From Mytilus californianus (taxonomy: Eukaryota), in contig NW_026262679.1 in assembly GCF_021869535.1 (NCBI RefSeq), positions 39,494,001 to 39,558,000 on the forward strand: 64,000 nucleotides of DNA, read 5' to 3'. Under the pieces are notes generated by a model. That model searched no databases, was not told the origin of the DNA, and saw only the letters and a list, made by a program, of their open reading frames with translations. Made by a program: the position numbers and the translations under genes. Below, piece after piece: positions 13,420-26,100 of the stretch; within the stretch, counting starts at the first letter, position 1; every line of letters starts with the position of its first letter.

Positions 13420-13880
13420 TGGAAATCGTCTGTTCAATGTCGAGAACTTCGTCGTTACAACAAAATTCACAATATATTATCAGTTCACACACTTTTACAT
13501 CTTGCCGTTGTCTACCTGCGAAATCGTCTGTTCAATGTCGAGAACTTCGTCGTTACTACAAACTTCACAACATATTATCAGTTCACACACTTTTACATCT
13601 TGCCGTTGTCTACCTGCATTTGAATGATAAATTATTATTCATGGTAAAACTAGGCTCAATAGCAATAAAGGATGACCAATGCTCTTTATGTGGTTGTCTT
13701 TCCACTGATGTTGTTCAACATTTAATTATGTACTGTGAACACATTTTGGATGAAAGAAATATCATGTTTTACGGAATTGTACCAGTTCAAGAATCTGTAC
13801 GCTTTTTTCAGCAAGATGATGGCGATATAGTCGTAGCCTTACTTGGTGGTATTACAGATTTTATGCAACTATGAACTCTG
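13420..13880 (+). mobile_element. Decayed non-LTR retrotransposon 3' end (CCHC knuckle) with a 98-bp tandem duplication
   Basis: CSLCG…DVVQHLIMYC is a C-x2-C…H-x4-C motif typical of LINE ORF2 C-termini. Direct repeat at 13422-13519 and 13520-13617. Confidence 0.55.
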
Positions 13881-16313
13881 ACAACTGAAAAAAACATGGT
13901 GTGCTGCTTGGCAGATCATATATTTCATCTATACGGAAAATGTAGAGGCGAATTATCTTAGCATAGATTTAATGTTGGACACTGAAATATTTATCATTAG
14001 ACAAATGTAGCATATACATATACATGTATATATAAAATGTATGGGTCTTTTTTCTTTTTCTTTCTGCTTAAATTGTAGTTTGTAACTTATGTGCTGTTCT
14101 TTTTTTGTAATTATTTCTATATCTTTCAATTACGTTTTTATGTATCTGGTTATTGTATTGGATCTAAGTTTTTAATATCTCGGGCTAGCATCAGTCGAAT
14201 CGGGAACATCAAATTCAGTAGTAGCATGGGTCTATCCAACAACTGTAGATACAGCCATCGTAATAGTTCCGTATGTAAGAAATGAATAAAAAAAAATTAA
14301 ACTTCAAGGTCGTATTTATTTACAGCTTTTGCTTTCATTTTTTTTTTCTTTGAATCCTTTGACTTTAATGTTGTATGTCAAATCTTTACCTACTTTTCTT
14401 CTAGACCTAAATGCTGCCTTTTATCCGAGGACTAGGAAGCGGTGTTGTCCATTTACAAATTTAACATCACACATTTTTGAAAACAAAAGATGTATTTGAT
14501 GTTTGTGTACTAGAAACGTGCGATTACGACATCTTTGATACGAGTCATTAATATGCATGAAATTTTTGTCACTGGACACATACGTTATCAGTATTCTTTT
14601 CAAGAGGAATGTTTACATGTATCTATAGCAATCAGTGACATTTTAACGTCATGGACATATGGTCGGATTTACATGAATGAAATAAGTCAATTGACGAAGG
14701 TTGACCTTTCCCCTGAAACATCATTGCGGTTTATAAATCAGATATTTTCAAATGAAAACACATTGAACCACGACACAACATCCTTTGAATTTTGTAATTA
14801 ATTGAGAGTGATGAAATGATTCCCATGGATACCGGGGCACGTGTCTCATCTTCTTTGTGTGTTTTAATTCATTAGCTGTATCAGCAGAGCAAAATAAGCA
14901 CGATACCGTTATTTCTTATTATATTTTTGAAAGTCATAATCTAATGGCACAAGTTGGACAAAAACATGTATCTGACAGCCACTAAACTCCCTCCAACGAT
15001 AGATAGACATTCATATCATAACTTTTACAAAATGTAGAATCTGCCCCTTTTAATAGGGGACGGACGATAATGAAGATAGTCGCGGGGACCCGAGTTTCTA
15101 ATTTTTATCCGCAATCATAGATTATAAAATTATAAAATGTCGCTATTTCAGATATTTGATAACATGTAGCAAACTTTGATATTTAGTTACAATTAATTCT
15201 GATTAACATACTGAATTTTCATTTATATGATAACTTCTACATTAGTTTATTTTATGGGGATAACTTCATTTGAATAAAACAGAAATCTTTTATCTACAGT
15301 TGAGGACGATGTCAGATCTGTTATTTATGTTTATTTTATAAAAGTATTCAATTATACCAGCTGAAGTCCATTATAGTAATTATAGTAATGGATTTCTGAT
15401 GATACATACATTTTACAATCTATACCATACATTTGTTCACCTCCGTTTGTGTTTATAAATAACATGAAAAAAAAAAGTATGAGAACATTTCGCCGTATAC
15501 GTGGTGAAAAATAATTTCATCATTTACATAAATATAACTAGCAAAAATTCAGAAATGAAATGAAGCGTTCTGAAATTTCCTTTAAACGGCGACATAAATT
15601 TATCAAAACAAACTTATTGTTGAAACACTGTATTACAGTTTCAGCGTTTTTATAAATTCATGATTTTAAAAAAACAAAAAAAGTTTGCCTTCAAGAAGAG
15701 CCTAAGTAACTTAGAAAATTTGGTTCAATAATAACGGTTTTAATGAACAGTTAATGTGTCTACCGTCCGACTTAGACTTAGACTTAGGTAACAATACACA
15801 GTTAGGAAAAAAACTTAAAATTGACACTCAAAATTTTTACCACTACAGCCGATATGTTCGTCCAGTTTTCTGAATCAATTAACATTTATACCTAATATTC
15901 TCATTGGAATTCATAGAGAGAACATATGACATATGACTCCTAAATGTGTGATTTGAAAATGATTTGACTATTATGGCATCTGATTTACTGTTGGTTTACT
16001 GGGTACTTTATAATGTGGAGGTATAACACACCAAAATAGTAAATTAGTTTGTTTTCGCTTTTATATGCTCTTCTTCTGTATATGAACGATATTCGAACGT
16101 TTGCAAAGTAAACAGGTGACAACATTTTGTTTTTTCCTACTTTTGCAACAAATCATAAAATCTAAACGCTTTCTAAAGTGTATTTAACTGTTGGCAAGTG
16201 ATGATTATCATGTCTGAATACAGGAAAAATATGTGCAGATAATATGTCAACTGAGATAATACGGGCTCCACTAAGAAATAAAAACGGAAATTGATACAGA
16301 TGATACTATCGTG

Positions 16314-16459
16314 TTATTAACTGACTGTTTCTGTATTGGCCATTAAGATTAAAGATTAAAGAGGTTAGCTGTATTGGTCCAAAGATTCGATGAGTCGAGA
16401 GCCAAGACGGCTGATCCAGAATCTATAACAAGGCCAATACAGAAACAGCCAGCTCATAA
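16314..16459. mobile_element. Palindromic MITE-like element
   Basis: Arms ttattaactgactgtttctgtattggcc (16314-16341) and ggccaatacagaaacagccagctcataa (16432-16459). Confidence 0.6.
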
Positions 16460-19400
16460 AACTTTCATTATGATTATAATTTTTCTATTAAACTGAGAAA
16501 CTTACCGAGAAAGAGATACCGGAATTTTTATTTCAACTTGTCTTTTCGCAGTAACGATGCCTTTTGGTCAATATTAATGAAATTTCTGATTTCTCGTCCA
16601 AGTACTTAATAGTTGCTAATTTAAATCATCTTATCTAGCAAATAAAAAGTAGCTGGGAAGAATTAATCAGACATTTTAGCCATTCTTACTCCTTCTGTGA
16701 TCTGATGATTGATCAACGGAAATGAAACAGTGATGATAATCAAAAGTTGTACTGGGAAAGGCTGTGGATTATACCGGAGGTGAATTTCCTGTATTGATAA
16801 GCCCACTGATTTCTCAATATTGGACCGGGCGTATTAATATCAACAAGACGGATTCATCAGTACATGCTGTTTATCCGTATTGCGCCTGATTTTATCATTT
16901 AATAAGTAGGGATATGACATAGATTACACTATGTATGCTACAAATCTACTCTTTTATATCAGGTTTGGTTTTACTTGAAAAATATTTTTTTTTTATATTA
17001 TATTTTGTGTAAACGACATTTAAATCCTGAGCTCACATTACAATGTAATTTTAAGGAAGTTTATCAAGTATTTATAGAAATACTGTAATATGGGAAAACC
17101 ACACCGAAAATTGTTGTTTAAAGGAAAGATTACTTTATACTTATTATAATGTTTAAACCGATTTGACATAGCATAGTAAACAAAGATATATTTTAAATGT
17201 ATTTAAACCATTTCCATGTAGTTCTTATGTAATGAGTTTCAAGGTATGAAAACATAAAGATAATCAATTATCTTATTTGAATTCTACAGGAATTAAGGTT
17301 GTTTACATAAAGGTGTGGAAACTATGGGATAACATTAAGCAATTCAATTACTTCCAAGGTAGGTGGTTTCATATTTTAATTTATGGATAATGATGCGATG
17401 CTAATGTGTACCCTGTCAAGACATTTAATACATTCTTCCTACGTATAAAGGAAGATGTAAGTGTGGGATTATTTTGGTAATAAATTCAAATTCGACAAGC
17501 AAGGAAAAAATACCCAAAACTATTCAAATATACGGTTAAAATAGGACAATGCCTAAAAATACACATAAAAAATTTGAAAATAAAACAAACGAAATCAAAA
17601 CAAATTAAATAACAAAAATAAAGGAAACGTTGTAACAGTTGTAGTAAAGACAATAGTTGGGTTTCAATATAACAAGCAAAATCGATTTTAGGAACCTATA
17701 AGAAGGTAATTGTTTCAGAATTACGCAACTTATATTGTCTAAAATAAATCGAGATTTATTTATAGGCAGCTATCGAACATTATAGGCTTGTAATGACTTT
17801 CCTTTGTTTTGGGGTTTATAAATAGCTTTAGGTTGCACTTCGGTTCATCTAGGCAATGCTATTTCCCATAGGAACTTCTTTTACGACTAAAAGAAATTCT
17901 TGCAAAGTTCAAAACATAGGCTTGTGTGGCATAATATACACATTTATATGCCATGAACTTCAAAGAGTTTAGACTTATACTAAAATTATGTACTACCCTC
18001 CCTTTACCTTGAGTCATCCTGAGAATTCAATGTGTGCGCTATCCAACATTATTTACATTGGTAAAATTCCAAAAGAAAATAAAACAATTTACATGGAGAT
18101 CATATCTGGGAACCAGTAGGAAAACAAAAAAAATATATATAAATATTAAATATCTCCCCAAAAAAGGCTTGGTTTGTGCATCAGCTTTTTTTTCACAAAG
18201 TGCAACTTATAGTCTTTTTATGTCCTGTATTCTGAAATACACCATATCTGTACTTTTCCATTAGATGATTTTCATTAGATGAAAACGTTAGTGTTATAGT
18301 TACATTTTGTATGAGTAAGATATTACCACAAGTTTGACGGTTCTTATTTGTCCCGTTCTGGTCTCTATTTCTTCTTCCCAACATTCGTGTCAACTCTACA
18401 CTTTAGACATATCTGTTTATGATGTAAACAAAAAAAAACAAGATTGCAGCGTTAGAAAGAGGCCTATGTGCTTGCACATTAATCTACTTTTTTTTTAATT
18501 CTAAGAAGGGAATCGTGAAAAAAACTAGAAAAAATTTCTTTGTTGTTAATATGATTCGGTCATTTGTTTTCCATATCTTGCAGAGTAGCATCATTTATGG
18601 GGCCATTCATGAAAATACTGTCAATCAGAAGTATTGACTTTATCAATTTAGCTATTATTTACTTACCTACTTCTAGCTGTTTGCCAGTTTGTTTGTTTTT
18701 TTTCAGGGCGAAACTGTCTTACATCCTAATGGTAGTGATCAAAAAGTACTAAAATGGGAACGGACAACGTTTCGGTAATAAACTTAATCCATTACAATAA
18801 AATAACAATGCTCCAACGTCACCCGTTGCATATATTTAATCTGCCAAAAGGCAATAACTAAAAAAAAAGCATTTCCTTTAAAACCTTTTATAAATATCTT
18901 ACAAGAAATGTAACATGTCTTCTGTTGTATCGGTTGAACTATTTCAGAGCATTGCATCTTTTTATTGTCCTAGTGCCTATGAAACCCAATTGTCTTTCAT
19001 TTAAATGAAATATTGCTACACCTTTTTTTTGGCGTCTTTGATAGATTGATTTGTGTGTTTGTATGCATTTTTTCGTCAGTTGTGTTGTACGTCTGTGATG
19101 GATGTTTACACATTTTTTTACTGCTGTTTCCTTATTATTGTCACATTAATCTATTATGTCTGTTTGGATTGGTTACCGAATTTTGTAAACATAACGGAAC
19201 TATAAACAACTGTCATAAAAGTTGTAGCTACCTATACAACCAGGTTTGGTTTAACCCAACTTTTTCTTCGGAAAACACCTGTACCAAGTCAGGAAAATGG
19301 CAGTGGTTTTTGCCACTTGTTCCGTTCATTGATAGCGTTTGGTTTTATCAGTTTTTATGGACTTTCCCATTTTTAATTTGCCTTGGAGTATTTTTGTTAT

Positions 19401-20120
19401 TCTTTTTTGCAAGTGTTTTTTTTTTTTGTATAGAGTCTGTGCAAGTCTATAAACTTAATCAAATTATCTATTATTATACGTCAGGTAAAAAGCACATCCA
19501 AAACTGATTGGTGTTTCTGATATAGGTTTTTCAGTAGCTGTATTCAACTAACAGATGTGGTACCTAATTATCTAGCGGCAGCTTACTTTCATAGCAAGCC
19601 AATTTGACTTTGCTTTCAAATTATGTATTGTCATCCTTTAACCAGCTGAAATGTGGGGTTTCTTTTTTAGTTCTACGTATAAAAAGGCACAGGAGAGGTT
19701 TAAGTACGTTAAGCTGGCTTTACGTTAAACTTCTTAATCGATTTATGAAATTTGAACATCGGTTAACATCTGTTGACTTCATTTACCCCACCGGATTTTG
19801 TGGCTGCACAAAATCGGACTATCTGGACCATGTGTTATTCGTTATTGTGTGTCTTTAGTTGTATGTCTTTTTAATCATGATTAAATTTCTTGGTTGGTGT
19901 AGTTTAAATGTCCTATATTTTTGGTAGTTTCTGATATTCTTTTAATGTTTTAGATCATAACATCGCTAATTGTGCCTGAATAACGCTGCGACTGTTTACT
20001 ACATGATCCAAAATGCGAATTAAGCGAAAAAAAATCGTTCGAATCTAAAGTTAAAGCAACTTATTCATCATATATACATGTCAAAGCAACTTCATTGCTA
20101 ATATCAGTGTTTAATTTCAG

Positions 20121-23100
20121 ATGGACTCAATTTTGGATGCAGTCCAAGAAATGAAAAGGCAACAGAAAACTGTATGGCAACGTCTAAATTCACTTACGTA
20201 GGTAACATAATATATCGTACGGAAATGAGTCACTTTAGTTATCAACCGTGTTTATGTTTTAAAAGTAAACATGCTGCGATATAATATATTTATAAATTTA
20301 AAATCATTACAAAATTTGTACATCTCATTATAAACACAACAAGTGCCACTGCTGCAGCGGGAATGGCTAATCTTTCAGAGCACATGTCTTCATCAAAGTA
20401 TTTGGTGATATTGTGATCTTCAGATTTTAGTTGTCTTTGTCATGTTTTGTGGGCAGTTGTTCTTCTTTCATTTTTTTTTTCATTTGACCATTGAGATGTC
20501 TTTGTTTTGAAAATATGTTTAATGCACCTCTTGTTCTTGTTAGAAATTTTTTAAAAAGCTACCATTCTGATTATTAAATCCCAATTCAATTTGGTGATAT
20601 CAAGACTGCTGCTATGAAAACATGTACAAAACTTCGGTAGAATAATAGTTTGTCTTTTCAATATTACAGTGTGTATGACTGATAAACCGTGACATATCGA
20701 AAGAAAACCTCAATCTAGAGCTGATTTGTATGGTTATAAGTACCTTATTTTATAACGCATATCTGTATTTCTATAGCAATAAAGTGTTTAAAGTAATCTT
20801 AAGCTACAATCTGAAAACACATTTCTAAGTTAGGAAGAAGTCATTAAAGTTACTTAAAAAGAGACAACAACCCGACCAAAGAGCAGAAAACAGCCCAAGA
20901 CCACTTACCATGCTTACAATGCACCATTAGCAACATGACGGGTGCCACTAGTAGATCAGAATATGCTTATAGTTCCGGAGCACTTGAGATCTTCCAGTTT
21001 TTGGTGGGGTTCATGTTAGTCTTTAGTTTTCCTTCTAGTATTTTGGTCTCGTGGTAGCGTGTTCGCTTCGAGTGCGGGAGGTCGTGGGTTCGAATCTCGG
21101 CTGGGTCAAACCAAAGACTTTAAAATTGGTATTTGCTGCTTCTCCAAGCAAGTGGCATTAAGGAGTAAGAGCAAAGACTGGTTGGCTCGGAGTCATAATA
21201 ATGTGTCCGGTTGAGGTGACATGTCTTCCTGTGGACTGTTACGTTGTGAGCTAGCACGTTAAATATCCGACTAAGCATTGCGGTCTAGTACAAAGCAGGG
21301 TAAATATTCATATTACATTAACATGTTCTCGTCCTGAATATGCATATTAATTTGCCGCTGGACGTTAAGCATCCATCCATCTTCTGATCTAGTATTTTGT
21401 TAACTTGTTTGTCTTTTAGTCCTCTTTCGTTTTTTTCCATGGCGTTGTCTTTTTATCTAGAATTATGATTTTTGAATGTCCATTTATCTTCCGTCTCTTT
21501 TTTAATACACCATATGAATGTTTAATTTACATACCACTAATTTGTTGCGCTCATATTAAAACTTATTGAAAGCAAACCAATAACGAATTTTAGTAATTCT
21601 TAAAGCCCGTAATTCCAAAACTTTGTGCAAAATATTAATGTCGCTGAGGCCATCTATGACTGATATCAATTGATTTTCTCATTTATGAACAATAAATGTA
21701 CAAAAAAAATATGCATGTCTGGTATTTCATTCATTACCGGGGCGATGATTATCAGGTTGATGATAGCATCGGCGTTAACCGTCCACCAACACTAGTATCG
21801 ATTCATTGATGGATACTGTTTGAAGATTTGATACCTGAAATAAGTTTTCACTAAATATTCTATCGGAATCGTCAACTTCTTCCTTATGGAAATAATACGG
21901 GTTTATTTTCGTTTCAGCTTAGTTGAGAATTCCAAGCAAACGATCAGACGACTGGAAAGTAAGTAGTTATGGTTAATCATTTGTACACACATTAAATATG
22001 TGTTTGATCGAGTTTGTTTCCAATAATTTGCCTGCAAATTGACGTCATTCAATTACATGTATTCAGTATTGTGATATGTAACGCCACTTCTTATCGAATG
22101 ACGTCTGTAGTCAATTCCACAGTCTGTGCATTTACAATAACGTTACACAATCACAGTCGACGTTTGCGGGATATTTTATATGTTTTATTTTGGAAAATTA
22201 AACGAGCATTGCATTTGAACATGAATATCAGTAATGTGTTTATAGAGCCGGTGGGATATAATCATTATATTTATCAGAGACAAATAATACTAGTATATGT
22301 CTCTCAGATTATAGAGGTTATAAATTGCATCATATTGTCCAGTAATTATCCTTTAAAATGAAACAGCAAACTATTTTGTCGATAAGATAAACAGTTAAAG
22401 GAATATCATTGTTTTACATTTTATGATTTTAGGAGCTACATTATCATCTTGTGAATAGGAAACATCAAACTCTATGTTATATTGAAATTGAATAGAATTT
22501 TCAACCCCGAAACATTAGAAGTTTTAGTTAAAGCAAAGCGAACTATAAGATTTATATCAAGCTTTAAGAAAATTGAAAAACTAGGGGAAAAGCTATAAAA
22601 GACCAACTATATTTAGAGAACTATTCATAAATATTTTGCGTACATGTTTAAACAACTGTTTTACAGATCTGGAAGAACATGTACAAAACTTAGAGACACA
22701 GTGCGATAACAATTCTACCAAACTGACCGATATTAATCTACTAGTTCATTCTTTGTTAGAAGTAGTAAACAAATTTGTTGTTGCGGTAGAAAATCTTCAA
22801 GACAACAGAACTTCAGAAAAGACGAAAAATCTATTAGATACAACAGATAAAAGAAATAATAAAAATAGAAATCATTCTACAACTACTTGTTTGACAAATA
22901 TCAGTGTACCTGTAAGAAAAGATTCGGACGAGACTGAAAATAGTAGAAATGCCAAATTTGATCAGCCTATTTATAATATGAATTCAGAACACACAATTAA
23001 ACCCGACATATGTAAGACAATGTGTCCATACAAAACAGATTTATCAATAGACGTTTACAACGTGTCAATTTGTAATGATTTTTCGAGAAGAACGCATAAA

Positions 23101-26100
23101 GATGACAGTAAGTATATTACTGATGCTGAAGAACATCGATGCACATGTGATGATAATGGTCAATTTGCATGTAAAGAAGAAGACAATGTGCCAAACAAAG
23201 ACAGAAGTATCCATACAACTCACACCGTACAGCTTTCAAAAAACAGCATGAATTGTACTAAGCCGAATAAAAGGTGCACCATCAATAAATTTGGATATAA
23301 ATGCAAAAGTTGGAATATACAAAATGATAATCGTATGAGCTTTCATGGTACTTCGCCAAGATTTGAAGGTAATGACTTTCCATCTTCTACTTTTCAAGTT
23401 CCAGTAGAATGCTCACCAGTACCTAATATTAAGCAAACTGAGAATTTTTCTCTCGAAACAAAACGCAGATTCATGTCACTGAAAAGGTATGTCACATAAT
23501 TACATGTTAGATATTATGTACATTAAATCACTTTGTAGCTCTGCTTTTCAACATTTGCTACCTTTAACAAAGGGGTTCGTAGAAATTGCAAGAAATCTCA
23601 ACTATTTTATGTTCAAGATGCGTATCATTTTCCGAGCACCACTTACAATACAACAAGATAACCAATTAGAATCCATGAAAATTAATTCCACATTGAGGTA
23701 ATCCCAGTACTACTGTAATATTTATTTCACATTGGAACAACACTTACCCGTTGTGAAATAAAAAAAACCCAGGCGAAAAAAACATATTCTTAAAAATGCA
23801 ATAAAAGCCATGGAATTTCATTTCAATGATATTTAAAAGAGGTCCATAAAATACAACATTTTAGATGAATACTATAAATATACTGATATCTGTCTAAAGA
23901 GAGAACTTTTGATCAACGAAAGATGTATATACAAACCAAAGGAAACACTATAAAAAAACAAGTGCTGTACTAGATTTGCAAGTATCAAATATATAACGGA
24001 AGAAGTTCAAATATAAATAATGTAACATTTGTTTCCGTGTGCATTTGAATCCTACATAGATATATTTTGAAGTAGATACTAAAGTGTTGAAACTAAACTG
24101 TCTAAAAAAAACAAATATAAGTAATTAACCTTTTTACAATAATGATGTAGATATCATAAATTGGTCACAACGTGTACTGAATTGTATTGTCAATATAGAG
24201 ATTTGTTGTGGAAGAGTGATTCCAATTGCAGACAGAAATATAATAAAAAGTTTGATTTCGCATCCATATTCTAACAGTAATATTGTCTATAAAGTTAACA
24301 AATATTTCTCTTTGGCTTAATAAACATATTGCAAAAGGTTATAACTTTACGCCTTTTGTTCTAATATTTTTTCTCGTATTGTCATACAAATAGAATTGAA
24401 AATGTATTAGAAAATATGTATACATTAAGGTTTTGTAGCGATTCAACTGTAAAAGACTGTGAAGATGAATGTGAATTGATTAATTTACCACAAATGAGTA
24501 CTAGATGTACAAAAAATGACTTTGGATACAAAACCACAAGATCAGATATTCAATATGATAACCGTGTGAGCTTTCATGGTAGTTTAGCATGTTTTGAAGG
24601 ATGTATAATTTCATCTTCAACAATTGAAGTTCCAGAAGAATATTCACCAGTACCCAATATAGAGCAACCTTTCATTCATCATACCAAACCAAATGTTGTA
24701 CCGTCAGAAAGGTATGTAATAAACTATATATATAACAGGTTAGATATTGTACAATTGAAGCTTCTGTATTTATCTGTACTGAATTATACATATGTTTAAC
24801 AACTATGGTAGCCTTATAACGAAGTATAGACTATTTTTGTAATTATTTTTTTCTGTAGAAATGACTGATTGGTGTTCCCTTACACCGCATAACCGCAAAC
24901 GATTTATCGCTACAAATGCCTATCTATATACTTGGACATATTGGAGGTAGTTTTAGTTATTTGCAATTTGTACATTTCCCTTTGATCTTACTGCCTAATA
25001 ATTTCAAGATCATGGACAGGACTTGATACTCGAAAATATTAGGCAATGACGGCATGCATCAGTGCAGCAAGGTCACGTGATCATGTCCGACCGCTTCAAT
25101 TTATCAATGAAATGCACGCGACTTCATTCATACAACCGAACAACTATCCCAACGTTTTGTACGCTTAAAAGTAGTTTTACTTATAATTTCATTTTACTTC
25201 ATATTCTCAACCAAAAGAAATAGCCGATAAACAGTCGGAAAGCTGACCCCGGTTTGACCCCATTTCTAAAGACAACAATGAAAGTCATGTGACTACCATA
25301 TCTGGTCATTTTTTTTTTTTGTCATTTTTTCTTCAACTAAAACGATATCAAATGAAATCAAAGCATGCTGTACGTTATAAATGCCAACTGCGTATACTTT
25401 CTAGAGGTTCTAACAATTCTAATGTGTATAGTGTGAACATGAAACAAACCGGGATGCGGTATTCAGTACGTAGGTGAAACTGGACGATATTTATCTAAAC
25501 GCACTCAAGAACATCTGTATCGTTTTAAAAGACCCAATAAATTCAAAAGTATCATTTATCAACACCTTAAGAAGCACAATCATCCTATTAAATATTTAGC
25601 AGTTCAAGCTGGTGAATCTCATTCAAAGTTTGTACGATCACGGAAAATAATTGAATTAAATTGGATTAAAAAATTACAGACAGTCTACCCTCTTGGTCTT
25701 AATGATAATATCATGGGAATTGGTAATATATCAAGAACCGATTCTGTTAACATTTTGGATATAGTTTCTAAAACTGTTCGTAAAAACCGTTCTCATGGTC
25801 GTAGAAAAAAATCGCAATCAAAGAAAATTTCGGACCAATCATACCAATATTTCGGACCTAATTTCTATTTCAAAAAACAACGGCAGACATTATCTGTTAA
25901 ACAAAGCTCTGTTCATTACCGGTTAATAAGTTAAATAAAATTTTAGAGGATTGCAACACAATTTCATATAGCAGTCCTAAGTATGAAATCGTTCAAATTA
26001 TAATGGCATATTGTTATTCTAAACTGTTTCCCAAAATTGATCGCCCTGAAGATCATAAAAAACAGTTTATTAAAATAAAGTATGTTAATAAAGGTTTTGA

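Noticed and set aside
20121-20198. Alternative frame MDSILDAVQEMKRQQKTVWQRLNSL as the protein start
   Set aside because: It ends in phase 2 and cannot join the phase-1 acceptor at 22667; the MATSKFTYV frame can. It cannot be fully excluded if a small exon was missed.
24859-24946. Exon-like segment (EMTDWCSLTPHNRKRF…) after exon 3, possibly SECIS-recoded into the host gene
   Set aside because: It is phase-incompatible with exon 3 (giving R-N-D-TGA, then TAA eight codons later even with readthrough). Exon 29096-29154 fits the phase.
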